DNA of 64,000 nt from Epiperipatus broadwayi (taxonomy: Eukaryota; Animalia; Onychophora). The first letter of the stretch is position 1; each line of letters begins with the position of its first letter. The notes beneath the pieces are model-generated. The model was not told the DNA's origin. It searched no databases and saw nothing but the letters and a program-made list of their open reading frames with translations. The stretch spans positions 3,968,001 to 4,032,000 of the forward strand of contig JAQFVV010000002.1 in the NCBI GenBank assembly GCA_028023455.1, read 5' to 3'. Position numbers and translations under genes: made by a program. This document shows, piece by piece, positions 26,653 through 39,684 of this stretch.

Positions 26653-28173
26653 TATTAGCTAAAAGGTAAAACAAAATGATAAACTGCTCTAAATGACATC
26701 TAGAAGTTGTCAATCCTGATGGGTAATGCTTTTATTATTTATTTTTGAGGGATTAACAGAGAAATGTTTCCAATTATGAATAAATAAATTTTAAATTTAA
26801 AAAATAATAATAAATTTTGTTTTGTTTCAAAGCCATTTGTCTTTTGTAAGTTATTCATATTAAAGAAGATTTAATGGCAATATTGACATATATTTAAATA
26901 TATCAACTTTTGATTATTGGCTGTATTTTCTTCAGAATTAAACTAGTTAAGCAGTTTATGTTTACCAAAGAATGGCTTTAATGAATAGATGAGTAGACAA
27001 AACTCTAATAAAATACATAAAAGATTTCATTAAAAAAAGAGAATAATTTAACAGATTTTAATTAAATATTTTATAAATTATTTATATTTGTTTTAGAATT
27101 GTTTTTCAAAAGACATTAACTATGTTATTTAAATAGATCTTTAAACACCAATGCACATAAATTGAAAGTTTTTACTCAAGTGTCTTATGTGTTATATGCA
27201 AATTGATAAAAAACATACAAATGAAAAACAATGGACAAAAGCAAAAGATAATTCCTCTGAACTTAATGTTTATATTGCAGAATAATCAAAACTCCAACTA
27301 ACAGATTAATATTTTGAAGATTTTTCTCATTAATTTCAATAATTTGTTTTATAAAATTTTATTGGTTCATTTGAATTATTGAAAAAAATATTTTATTTAT
27401 GATATTTTATTATTATTAAAAATTTGCTGTGTATTAAAAAATTAGGAAATAAATATTGAAATATTTATAATTTTCTATATTTTCTAATTATTATTGATTT
27501 CCTGAAAATTATAATTTTGTCAAAAAAGACTAATAAAACAAAATTTATAATTGATAAAATATGCAAATAAAATAATTTATACAAATATTTAAACTATTTT
27601 TAAAAAAATATTCAGAAAATTTTGCTAAAAAGTAAGTTGAACATATTTTAGTAATTTTAAAATTTACAGTATATTTAAAATTAATGTGTCTGATGAAATA
27701 CATTTCTTGAAGTAAATGGATAACAGTTTTTCACTATCCAACTTTAAAAATAGCTTGTTTTTCATGTTTAATACTTCCTTTGCTTGGACAAATCAGATTT
27801 CTTCTTATTTTGAGCTATTAGTTAATAATATAATGAAATGTATGGAGCTTTCAAATTATGAAATGTCATAAAGGACCATCAGAGATGAAAAAACAATACA
27901 TTGCCTATGAATAGGTAGGTAAATACATATATTCTATTTTAAAAAATAATCAGTTTAATAAATAAATAATTTGATTTTCCAAGAGACAAATAAAAACTTT
28001 AAATGATTTCAAGAATAGACTATCAATTTCGTCATTTGTACTATATATTTTTTCTATTGATTAAGGTATACATAGAATGTAAGAATCAACTATCTCTTTG
28101 TGTATCAAAATGTTTTGAAAATTACTAGTGATAAATAATGATAATTTGTTTTCATTTTAAATGCTTTTATTTA

Positions 28174-28332
28174 CCATGCACTAAAAGCAAGAAAATATGT
28201 TTCTTCCACAACAATGGGGGGGGGGTGTTGATTTAATTAAATTTTGGACCCTCCATGTTTTATTTCAAGTTAAATCTAAAAACCCCAATTGTGGTTGAAG
28301 ATACAATTATTTTTTTGCCTTTTAGTGCATGG
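28174..28332. mobile_element. Small MITE-like foldback
   Basis: Perfect 14-bp TIR ccatgcactaaaag / cttttagtgcatgg with a weaker internal inverted match; no clear TSD. Confidence 0.6.
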
Positions 28333-28494
28333 CCAATATTAAAAAAAAATTATATAATTATTTTTAACTTTTACTATTAGCATAGTAAATAAAAATGTAA
28401 AATAATATTGTACTTTAAATGAACTTGACACTTATAATTTATATATATTATTAAATAATTCTGCTATAAGTTAATATATATCCCTTGTTTATAT

Positions 28495-29110
28495 ATCATA
28501 TTTAGTATGTGTACATAATTATATATTTATATAATAAATCATTAAGTGACTTAAAAATATTATTTTAAGTGAAAAGTGATTGACCTTTTTGCTTCTGATT
28601 CAAATATTTTTTTTAAAAAATGAATGCTTACCAAACTATATTGAAAACAAACTTCACTTATATATAATATATATGCAATTTTACTTTAAATCAAGTTAAC
28701 ACTTAGAGTTTATATGTATACTTCTTATGTATATATCTTTCTTAGTATGTGTACATATTTATATATGCATATATAATAAATTATTAAGTGACTTAAAATC
28801 TGAAAATATCCTTTTAAGTGAAAAATGTCTGACATTTTTACTCCTGATTGAATTTTTTTTAAAAAAAATGCTTACCAAAACTATATTGTATACAAACTTC
28901 ACTTATATAACTACAATTTTACTTTAAATCAATTAGACACAGTTTGTATATATCACTGGATGTTTCTGCTGTAATTAATAAGTATATATTTGTATAGTAA
29001 AGCATTAAATAACTTATTTTTTTGTTGAAAAGTGTTTGATATTTTTTTATTTAAAAAAAAGTTTTTAAAAAAAATGCTTAGCAAAACTATATTGTAAATT
29101 AACTTTCTTA
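28495..29110 (+). repeat. Degenerate ~240-bp tandem repeat (2 units plus a partial third)
   Basis: ttagtatgtgtacata...aatgcttaccaaactatattg at ~28501 and ~28741, partial at ~29070. Confidence 0.75.
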
Positions 29111-29689
29111 TTCTATATTAAATCAAGCTTACAATTAAAACCAAGATATTGAAGTTTTAAGAACAATTAAATTTGATATCAAAATATTCAAAATTATTTC
29201 ACCCAGTGTTCCATATCTATGAAACTAGATCATCTCCATAAAATATTATAGTGCCTTCTCACTTTGGTTGCAATTGTTTAAAAATGTACAAAATTTCAAC
29301 AAATTATATTAAATTTACTAAATCCCAATTTTAATAATTTATTATAACTCTAAATTGAAACCAAAAAAACTCTCTACACTACTCTCTCATGAGCTTTATT
29401 TAAAATATATTAAAGCTCTAAAAATAAATTGTAAATTTGATATTAAAATATTTAAAACTTTCCAATCCACTGGTGCAGATCTAAAAACTATGTCATCTAC
29501 CTAAAATATTATAGTCCCATATTGCTTTGCCTAGAATATCTTTGTTATATATCAAATTTGAAACAATTGTATTGAATTTATATCTATTAAATCTTGGTTT
29601 TAATTTTTTATTCTAACTTAAATAATGAAAGTGATTACAGTAGTTTACAATAAATAAACTAATAGATATTGTAACTTAAATAAAAGCAT

Positions 29690-29821
<132 letters not shown>

Positions 29822-29919
29822 TATAGGGTATATGAGCACAGACTTTTACACTACCCATGACTCTCCACTCTATCTCATAACACTGATACACTTGAACATA
29901 TATATGTCAAAAAGATAAA

Positions 29920-29976
29920 TAATCACCAATATGCATATTTCATTCTAAAACAGCAATCATCAGTTGGTCCAGATTA
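29920..29976 (-). ncRNA. Family B hammerhead, stem II damaged
   Basis: Core CTGATGA and GAAA intact, stem II tgct/agaa; 474 nt from the 30394-30450 copy. Confidence 0.75.
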
Positions 29977-30393
29977 TCATCTTTACAGATATATGCAATA
30001 AGTGCTCAGATATATAGTAAGATAGCCAATCTTCATATTTTTAATGGACAGGCTTAAATCCACTCCACCCTCCAATTCTTCAACCATCCATCCAATTGAG
30101 AATCTGATGATGGAATGCTCAAAGGCAACCCTGAGGCTGAAATTCATGTCATACCCATGTTGATCTAAAGTCAATCTGACTCCTCAGGTATAGGACATAA
30201 TCCATTTAATACATATATGAGGGATGGGCAGATATCTCTACTATGTAATAACTGAAATACAAACTTGTTATATACCTGTATCAATATATGTAATATATAG
30301 GGTATATGAGCACAAACTTTCACACTATCCACTCCTCTCCACTCTATCTCATAACACTGATACACTTGAACACATATATGTTGAAAAGATAAA

Positions 30394-30450
30394 TAATCAC
30401 CAATATACATATTTCATGCTAAACCAGCAATCATCAGTTGGTCCAGATTA
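30394..30450 (-). ncRNA. Family B hammerhead, intact core
   Basis: Reverse complement taatctggaccaa CTGATGA ttgctggtttagcat GAAA tatgtata ttggtgatta. Confidence 0.85.
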
Positions 30451-30799
30451 TCATCTCTACACATATATGCAATCAGTGCTCAGATATGTATTAAGATAGC
30501 CAATCTTCATACTTTATATATCGTATAAATACATAGTAGAGATGTCTTCCAATCCCTCATATATGTGTTAAATGGATTATGCCCTGTGCATGAGGGGTCA
30601 GATTGACTTTAGGTCATTAAGGGTATGGCATTAATTTTGGCATTAGTGTGGCCTTTGAGCATTTCATCATCAGATTTTCAATTGAATAGATGGCTGAAGA
30701 GTTGAAGTGTGGAGTGGATTTAAGCCTGTCCATTAAAGTATGAAAATTGGCTATCTTAATATATATCTGAGCACTTATTGCATATATGTGTAGAGATTC

Positions 30800-30856
30800 T
30801 AATCTGGACCAACTGATGATTGCTCGTTTGGCATGAAATATGTATATTGGTGATTA
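30800..30856 (+). ncRNA. Family B hammerhead, intact core (inverted arm)
   Basis: taatctggaccaa CTGATGA ttgctcgtttggcat GAAA tatgtata ttggtgatta; stem II kept by a U-G wobble. Confidence 0.82.
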
Positions 30857-30993
30857 TTTATCTTTTCGACATACATGTATACAAATGTATCAGTGTTAGA
30901 TAGAGTGGAGAGTGGTGGGTAGTGTGAAAGTCTGTGCTCATATACTCCATATATTGCATATATTGATACAGGTATATAACAAGCCTGTATTTC

Positions 30994-30997
<4 letters not shown>

Positions 30998-31036
<39 letters not shown>
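30998..31036 (+). repeat. (AAT)13 microsatellite
   Basis: Perfect run at the right edge of the family B insertion. Confidence 0.95.
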
Positions 31037-34000
31037 TAATATTTATATACATTGACTATCAATTTATATTTTTCAAGATATCTTTTAATTTTATCAATGC
31101 TTTCTTCATCTCATATTGTTTTAATACTTAATAGCAAATATGTTATAGTAATTCCAAAAATTTTATTTTTATTTTTTTTATAAATTTAATTTATTTATTT
31201 TTTTTTTTTTTTGTTTTTTTTTTTTAAGTTATTTATGATATTTTTTTTTTTTTATATATTTTTTTTTTTTTTTTTTTATTTTTTTTTTTTTTTTTTTTTT
31301 TTTTTATTTTTAAAAAAAAAAAAAAGAAATATATTAAATCAAGTATTTTCATTATTCAGAATTCCAAAAAATGTAAATGAATAGTAATTTGCTTCAGAGA
31401 TCTATGACTAAGTCCATTATTCTAGCATTGCAATAATTCATGCAGGTCCTTCAAAATTCTAATAAAATATTTATCAATTATTGATCAATATCGTAATCTT
31501 ACTTTTATATGCATTTTTAATTTTAAATTTTGTTATTTTAAATTTTGTTGCCAATGACTGTTTAATTAATTAAACGCTTAATGACTAAAATAAATACTCA
31601 TTGATATTAATTTTTTGTATTAAGTAGTTGATTGTATTGCGTTTATACACATTCTTTTTTCATGTTTATTTAAATTAAAATTCTGAAGAATTTATGTCAT
31701 GATCATTGAAAATACTTTTAAACTTATGAATATGTAAATGCATCAAAAATCCAGAATCAAATCTAGATGCAATTATATGTCGAACAATTTCATTATTTAA
31801 TATTAACTATTGAATGTCATCAAACTTTATTTAAACGTTCAAAATATATTTAGTTGTTATTAGAAGAATACAGAAAATATTGTATCATTCACGGTCTAAT
31901 TTAATGTTCATGGTTGGATTTAAGCCTTCTTTTACACATTAAAAAGTGCACATTAATTAAGCTATGAATAAGAAGAATATTTGGTTTATATATGAATTTA
32001 GATATCTCAAGAACATAGCTATATTTCCTGATTAACTAGCCTAATAATAATTACAATTTGAATTGCTGGTGAATTCAGTTTTTTTAGAACAGGGCACCAG
32101 AATTCTATACAAGAATTCACTGATCCATCGCACCGCATAGTCAATTTGTAACTAATAAGTAAAAGTACGATCGGCATCACGTTTCTTATCATTTTAAATT
32201 TTTATATGAATTTTTTTTTTTTGGAATTTTCTGCGGGCTTAACCGAGCATGTTGGCAAAAGTAATTTATACATAATAAATTCTAATAAACTAACATTAAT
32301 AATGCACAATCAAAAGTTGATATTAAAGATAAATATTTTATTATGACAAATTAAAATATTTAAACAATAAATTATTTAATAATATTAGAAAGCACATACA
32401 CGTTAATCCAGATAATAACGTTGATCAAATAATTTAAATGATTAATTCACATAGTTCTTATCTTCTTAAGTTTCTTCTAGAAAGTTCTTTGAATAATAAA
32501 AGTTAGGAATAAATAATCTTACTGGTAAGTTTAGCAAGTTTAGGTAGATTATTGATTATACCATGCATGGATTTTGTTGGGATGTAGAATGAGCTCGTGG
32601 CCATTGAGTTTAATCCCTGTCAACATTTTGAATGTTCCTGGTCCATCCTAAGCTAGACTCAAAAGCTTTTCAGATCCATTCCCTCATGATGACTTAATTC
32701 AGCAAGCGAGTAGTAGTAGTAGTAGTCCTGCATATGAGTAATCCAAAATAGGACATTTTCTCTATCCTAGACCCATGGATACTGCTAACTAAGGAAAAAA
32801 CACAAGACCTAGATCAAAATTGTATTCTTCTTTTTATACTCTAGATCCAGTTTTGAAGCCACTGCACATATTGTTATTATCTTTTGTTTTTGTTATCAGA
32901 ATACAAATTAATCCTATGCATTCTTTATTAATTTTCAGCTACAAAGTCTCTTTTTTTACAAAATATTTCTGCCATCTTTAATTAGCATAGTCTTTCTTTT
33001 ACGTTTGGAATTTTTCCTTTTTGTTTATCTGGATTATTAATCTGCATGTCTTTTTTATTCCCTCCAGTTTTAACTTTAATTAAATTAAATATATAAATAC
33101 AAAACAAAAATAACTTTCATTACACATTATCTAAAAATAAATCATACTAACTAAAAAAAAAGAAAAGTAAATTGCATCTTTTGAATGATCTTCAAATTTT
33201 ACTTCTTTTTAGCCTTTTTTTTTAAATATTACCAAATACCAATATACTCATGAACCATATGTTTTAATATGATTCAATATATAATGCACTGTTTTTGAAT
33301 GGTATTATTCTTTTGTCTTTTTCAGGTGTTGCTAGCCTCATCATTATTAGTACTAGCATGCAATTAGAACCTGGATTTTTAAATTCTTGAATGGTGAATT
33401 TAAGGCACAGTTGGTTAGAGAATTACCTTAAATGCAACATTCTAGAATCTAAATGTGTAGGTTAAATTCACATACTAGTACTTTTACTGATAACTCTACT
33501 CAAAACAGTGTGTTATATACTAAACTATGTGCTATTACTAAGAGTTGAATATGTTTGAAAAATTTAAATGAAGTTTGAATTTTTTAATGTATTCAATATT
33601 TAAAATTAGATGGTAGAAATAGACAACATAAAACTATAACTAAAATGTCATCATAATATACCTTTAGACAAAACCTAGATGCACTTTTTAAATTAATATT
33701 TTTTTTAGTTTTATAGTAGAAGTTATTTTTATTGTTTCTATTGTCACTTTGTATATTTAAGTTTCTGTTTATTTTTTCTTTTCAAAATTCATCATAAACA
33801 GCAACAATTACTCACAAATGTTTATCAATTACAAAAAAGATAAGAAAACAAAACAAAAAAAATAGTATGCAAGAGATTTTTAGAGATGCCTATACAAACA
33901 GATCTATGAATCATCAATATATTCATATAATAACATACTGATCCTATATTATTTCTTCTTCAATATTTTGTAAAGCTGTCTTTTAATTTCTCTACAGAAA

Positions 34001-34226
34001 ATTTTTGTTCCTGAAATACCACATTTTCCTAATGAAAGTAGCTAACATTGCGCTTCTCTAGAATGTCTTTGAAATAATATTTGTAATGTAAACTGATCTA
34101 TCTTGCCCTGAATACTTTATAAACTTAGTTTACATTAAATATTTTTTTAAAAAATCTTGTATTATTTATTTATGATACATGCATAATCCAATGAAAATAT
34201 GATTTTACAATAATGAATTCTGTAAT

Positions 34227-35080
34227 AGTAATAATCAGTCATTAAGCTAATGCACATGCGCTTTGTGGATTTTTAACTATATATGAATACTCTCACTTCC
34301 AAACACAAGATAAAGTCTGTAAAAAGATAGAATGAATCCATATCCTTTCAACTCAAATGTTTATGTATGGGCAAATCTTAAGCATTTGGAAATGAGAGCA
34401 TGAAGATGTTAAGCAATCACTTTAAAATACTTTTACTATGCCTGAATTAATGACGTTTGTGAAATTTTCTAGAATTTACATATGTTTAATTTCAATTAAG
34501 AATGATGTATCATAAATTCTAGAAAATTTCACAAGCATCATTCATTCAGGCATAATAAAAGTAATTTAAAATGAGTGCTTAACATCTTCACACTCTCATT
34601 CCCAAATGCTTAAGATTTTCCCATACATAAACGTTTGGGTTGAAAGAATAGATCCACAAAGCACATGTGTATTAGCTTAATGACTGATTATTAGTATTAC
34701 AGTTTATAAAAACATAGTGCTATAGAAAATAAATATCTCATTTACATATGTTTAATTTTAATTAAGAATGATGTATCATAAATTCTAGAAAATTTCGCAA
34801 GCGTCATTCATTCAGGCATAGTAAAGTAATTTAAAGAGATCACTTAACACCTTTATGATCTCATTCCCAAATGCTTAAGATTTTCCCATACATAAACATT
34901 TGGGTTGAAAGGATGGATGGATTCATTCTATCTTTTCACAGAGACTTTATTTTGTGTTTGTTAGTGAGAGTATTCATTTATAGTTAAAAATCCACAAAGC
35001 ACGTGCATTAGCTTAATGACTGATTATTACTATTATAGTTTATAAAAACATAGCACTATATAAAATAATTATCTCATTTA
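34227..35080. mobile_element. Family G: inverted arm plus tandem units, no canonical hammerhead found
   Basis: ~34227-34480 is the reverse complement of the 34740-35080 unit; 34474-34743 is an internally deleted tandem copy; near-TSD aataatgaattctgtaat / aataatggattctataat. Confidence 0.75.
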
Positions 35081-37778
35081 AATAATGGATTCTATAATAT
35101 CATACACCAGTGATGTAAAGAACATATTGATTGCTCTATAAACTTGCCATTTTAATTTTTAAATTATGAATTTGATAGAGTATCCTTAAATATATCTTTT
35201 CTAATGCTTTTATTGTATCTATGTCACTCTTCCATACAATAAATAAGCAAAATAACAGACTCATTTATAGATAATTTATTTGCAATAATTATTTCAATGT
35301 AATCTAATATCTTATTTATCAACTTGTTAAATGCTATAACAGCACATTGGAATCCATAGTGCATTAAAAAATGCAAATCCACTGAATGCTACCACAATAT
35401 TTAAATTAACTTATATTCTCAAGTTGATAACTAATTATATAAGTGAAAAGTTGCTAAATACTTTTTTCATTAATGGCTGATAAAAATTTTGAGTTCTTTG
35501 AATATTAATTCCTAAACTATATGTCTTTATATGTTGCATTGAAAATGTTAAGTTCATTCTAAAGATCATAATCTGAATGGAAAAAAATAACATTTTCATC
35601 AACTTAAAACAAAAATGAATGAAAATTGTATTGTCTTCATGTTAATTAAATTAAATTAAAAATTCCACAGTGAACCTGTATTACATTTTAATTCTTGATT
35701 TACCAATAACTATAGAAATTGAAAATAAAGTTACAACAAATACACATCTTTGTTTAATACCAGGTTTCACTTTCAGAAGTATCAGATTTTCGACCAATAG
35801 TAACAACACTTTCTCTCATTTCATCACATGGAAGCTGTAATTGTTTTGGACAATGGTTTAATTTTTAAAAAATATCATGGACCTATTTTATTAGGTGAGT
35901 CAAATACCATGATCAAATCAATAAAATATATAAAACACGTGTTTATTTCCACACTGTTCTTGCATTTATTTAACAATTAAAACTATTAGTGCTTCTTGAT
36001 TTTTTTAAAACTACACTACTTTTCTGTTAAAAAATTATACATGACTGCAGATAATCTTGAAAATACTTTTGTTATGTGGATGATAATGATATTCCAAAAT
36101 AACTACTGCAACCTTGGCTATTTTTAATTTTTTAAAAATGAGAACAACAAAAACATCTTTGAGAAAAAATGGTGAAACTTTATGAGTTCATATATTCCTA
36201 AAAATTGCAATATTTTTAAAAATGTCAGCATCTTTTTAAACACATCTCCAAGTGCATCAACAGGATTGGTAATCTCATTTTTAAAATTGAAAAGTATTGT
36301 TTTGACTTGGCTGATCTGAACTTCTTTGTAATGAATAGATAAAATGAATGCACCATTAAAAGACCTCACCTCATTTTTTGTATTATCATTTAAAAGTAAA
36401 TCAAAATATTCCAATTATTCAAAATATCATTATCATGGTATACAAGAGTGTCATTTCTAGATTTATTAGGTTAGTGATAGCACATTTTAAGCCCATATCT
36501 AATTTTCAATGCCACAAAAAGATCTAAACTGACCATGAACAATGGATGTCTGTATCTTTTCTGGAGTTTAGTCATTAAATTTCTGCTTCTATATTTATTA
36601 TTTATTGATAATATTTATTATTATTGATGTTTAATAGCAGTCTGAAATTAGTATGTATCGTAGATACATCTAAAGAATGAATATCATTTTTTAGCAAATA
36701 TAATTGGAGGACCTATTTTTCAAAGAAACTACTTAAACTTGCATATGCAATAATACTGATTTGTCTAATAATCTATACTGTAAAGCTTATATAAATCCAC
36801 TCTTGTACTCAGACTCCTAATTACAGTTTTGAATGTGGATGCATCCAAATTCCTTTACAGCACTTTTTTTAAAAAAAAATTTATACAGAATTTGTGATAG
36901 TCAAACCATATGCTGTGAAAAATTTAATAATAGCAGTCATGTGACATTATAATAGCAATACCATTATTTTCATCAACCTTTGGTTAATATTTACTCTTTA
37001 TAAATATATACTTTAGAGTTGCCAAAAACCAAAAAAAAAATCTTTTAATGGGATTGCTGTAATAATGCCAACCAGCAAAGAGTAAAAGATTTTTTTTTTT
37101 AATTCTCAAATCTAATGTTGGACAAAATGAGAATTGGTCCCATTATGTTAGTTAAATTTTAATACTACTGCTCTTCATCTTTTTAATGAGGAATTCTAAG
37201 AATAAGAAATTCTAAATCCAACCACATGCAGTATTTCTTCAATTTTGATCTGCCCTTCCTTCTAAACAGAATTTTCTTTCTCTGAAAGATAACTTTAACT
37301 AGGAGCAGTTTTAAATTTTGACAGCTCCTTGGCCACTGCTGCTGCTCTCCATTTTGGTTTTTAAGAATTTGTAGAAAAGAAAATTGCACATTAAATGTAT
37401 ACATATTTATAATAGATCTTTAGTACTACTACTATCTCCATCTTAATTCTCACTAGTGATAATGTTATTATTTCTATTGTTTTAATTCTTAAGCCAGAAG
37501 GCGCCATCATGTGAGACAAGACATTTTAAATCACATTTTTAAAAGGTTCTTTTAATCTTTGCTCAGCTGAAACACCAGTTCCAGCCAATTTCATGTTTAA
37601 TTGTATTACCTGAACAAACACCACAACTAAAAGCTGCCACTTTATTAAAACTGTACCTGGCATTTCTTTCTTAATTTGAGAGGGCTTAAATTAAAAAAAA
37701 AGTATTGAAAAGGGAATTACATTCAGAATTGTTACATTGTACAGGCTTAAACTTGCATTTGTATATGTAATATATGCG

Positions 37779-37850
37779 GGGTTCGAACTCAGACTTTCAC
37801 ACGACCCACCATTCTCAGTGCCATCTCATATTGCTTAACCACCTGATCAC
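37779..37850 (-). promoter_or_regulatory. Putative Pol III internal promoter (A- and B-box-like) in family B
   Basis: - strand tgatcaggtggttaagc ... gagttcgaaccc; B-box-like variants gagtttgaatct (~8725) and aggtttaaatcc (~50790) in other copies; the A-box match is imperfect. Confidence 0.45.
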
Positions 37851-37870
37851 ACACATGTTGAAAAGATAAA

Positions 37871-37927
37871 TAATCACCAATATACGTATTTCATGCTAAA
37901 CCAGCAATCATCAGTTGGTCTAGATTA
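37871..37927 (-). ncRNA. Type I hammerhead ribozyme, family B, intact core
   Basis: Reverse complement: UAAUCuagACCAA-CUGAUGA-uUGCU gguuu AGCAu-GAAA-UACGUAUA|UUGGU GAUUA. Canonical core, 4-bp stem II, palindromic AUACGUAU stem III, AUA triplet, stem I ACCAA/UUGGU plus UAAUC/GAUUA separated by a 3-nt bulge. Confidence 0.88.
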
Positions 37928-39684
37928 CTATCCTCACACATATATATAATCAGTACTCAGCTTTATATTAAGATAGCCAATCTTTATACTATGTAGTTGA
38001 AAGATGGAAATGTGGGTTACAGAAACACGTAAGTTCATTGCCACAAATACCGTAGAAGATAACTGAGGCTAATGATTGATGATAGTAAGAAAAAGAAACC
38101 AAAACGATTCTTTGTATTCGAAATTATATACAGCCTTTGATGAACCAATGTTTTATCCTGCAAAGCAAAATATGTATTCGTGGTTGGGCACTAATTATTT
38201 ATAATTCAGAGTTACACTTATATCTGATGGTTTTCCCACTAATTATCATATATGGAAACTATCGGTAAACTAATTAAAGAATCCAACTTTTTTAAAATTA
38301 AGTGTTTGAAATTCTTTCAATTAATTATTTTAGAGCTTAAAAAAAGATCACACATATATTATATAAAAATTAATTAGAAAACGTTTAATAAAGTGAAATG
38401 TTAATATGACCTTATTTTGATTACTTAAATTAGTTTACAAATTTATATACAGTATTTGTGTATTTTATATACAAACAATAAAAATCAACTGTTTTGTTTG
38501 TATAAACTTACTATTATATACGTGCACACGCAGAAATTTAATAGTTATATCATTTCTGCTTTTATCCTTTTAAAAAAATAAATTAAAAAAGTAACTTGTC
38601 CCCCCCCCCCCCAAATAAATAAAATTAATGTTTCATAAGAACTCAAAACATAGATGTTACCATTTATCTTAACTAACGATGACAGGATTCATTTATCATA
38701 TCGACTCCACTATTAACATCAAAAGCAGCAACTAAAAAGATTTATTTAAATAACAAAAAGATGTTCTAAACTTTTCCAAATTAAAACAACTAGAGAGTAA
38801 TAATTTGATTTACTGGTTGATTTTTAAAACCAAATTCACGAATTAGCTTTAGATGTATAATTTTTAATTTCTCATTCACGCATTTAATTACCGAGAGAAA
38901 CAAAAATAAAGATAGTAATTTGATGACTAGCAGTCTATTGAAGTACTTTCAATAGAAATGATTAATATTAGCGAAAAAATTATAAATTCTGGAAAAAATG
39001 ACTTTGAGGGAAATCATTAGTACTGGAAAAGTTAATTTATAACAATATAAATATGTGACACAGAAAAAAATATGTGGGATTAAGAAAGAATTTATTATTG
39101 AATGAATCATTCATTGATCAGAAACTGTGGAAATATGATAGTCAAGTCATGAAATTTTGGATATTGTTTAAAAAAAATTTGTAGTTAAAAGCATTATAAC
39201 CATTATCATAGAATAAAATTATATTAGCAGTATGAAATAAATAAATGATAATGTAAAAAGCGAAGGGTTTGATACTGAAGAAATTTAAAGTAGGTTTATG
39301 GGTTCAGTTTGAGACTGAAATTTCTATGTAGAATAAGAGTATTAATTTTTGGTATATGTGAGTTGATTCATTAGAATTAAAGATTAAGATACATTGATTA
39401 AATTAATAAAACAGAGAGAAACATTAAAGTTTTAGATAATTTGCAAAAATTTATAATACATTAAAATAGAAGTTAATCTATATATATTCAAATACAAATA
39501 TGTAATGTCAGTTCCAAATAAAAGTGATGTTTATATTTAGAAAATGAATAACATAAAGGAATGTGAAGATTAAGCCAGAATAATGGATGATCTAAGAATA
39601 AGTTTTCTTTTGATAGGCTGGGAATAATTATAAAAAAAAATATTAAAAAGAAGGCTAATACTGTCCTTCTAATATTTGATATTA

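Larger units (their letters stand above)
37738..37990 (-). mobile_element. Family B copy (subfamily with B-box)
   Basis: Hammerhead 37871-37927, followed on the - strand by a tRNA-like A/B-box segment. Confidence 0.78.

Noticed and set aside
28495-29620. Tandem repeats as a CRISPR-like array
   Set aside because: Units are ~240-270 bp degenerate repeats with no unique spacers, in eukaryotic context, and no cas genes are present.
30104-30160. Second CTGATGA...GAAA inside the family B body (+ strand)
   Set aside because: No stem II adjacent to the core, no stem I pairing, and not conserved in the 51064 copy.
30224-30499. Similar short ORFs in family A/B copies (also 2347-2706, 5567-5884, 29983-30410, 40280-40728, 51831-52067)
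   Set aside because: Frames are not conserved between copies; these are by-products of non-coding repeats.
31190-31325. Long T-rich tract
   Set aside because: Low complexity, possibly error-prone assembly; no structure.
33311-33400. Strong splice acceptor ttttgtctttttcag as a host exon
   Set aside because: No convincing open frame, donor or neighbouring exons.
34781-34820. ctgaatgaatgacgcttgcgaaa on the - strand of family G as a hammerhead
   Set aside because: No feasible stem II or stem I and no NUH at the right position.
36124-37404. Possible second LINE remnant (EYFDLLLN; AVAKELSKFK) on the - strand
   Set aside because: Only two short motif-like fragments; too weak to call without a search.
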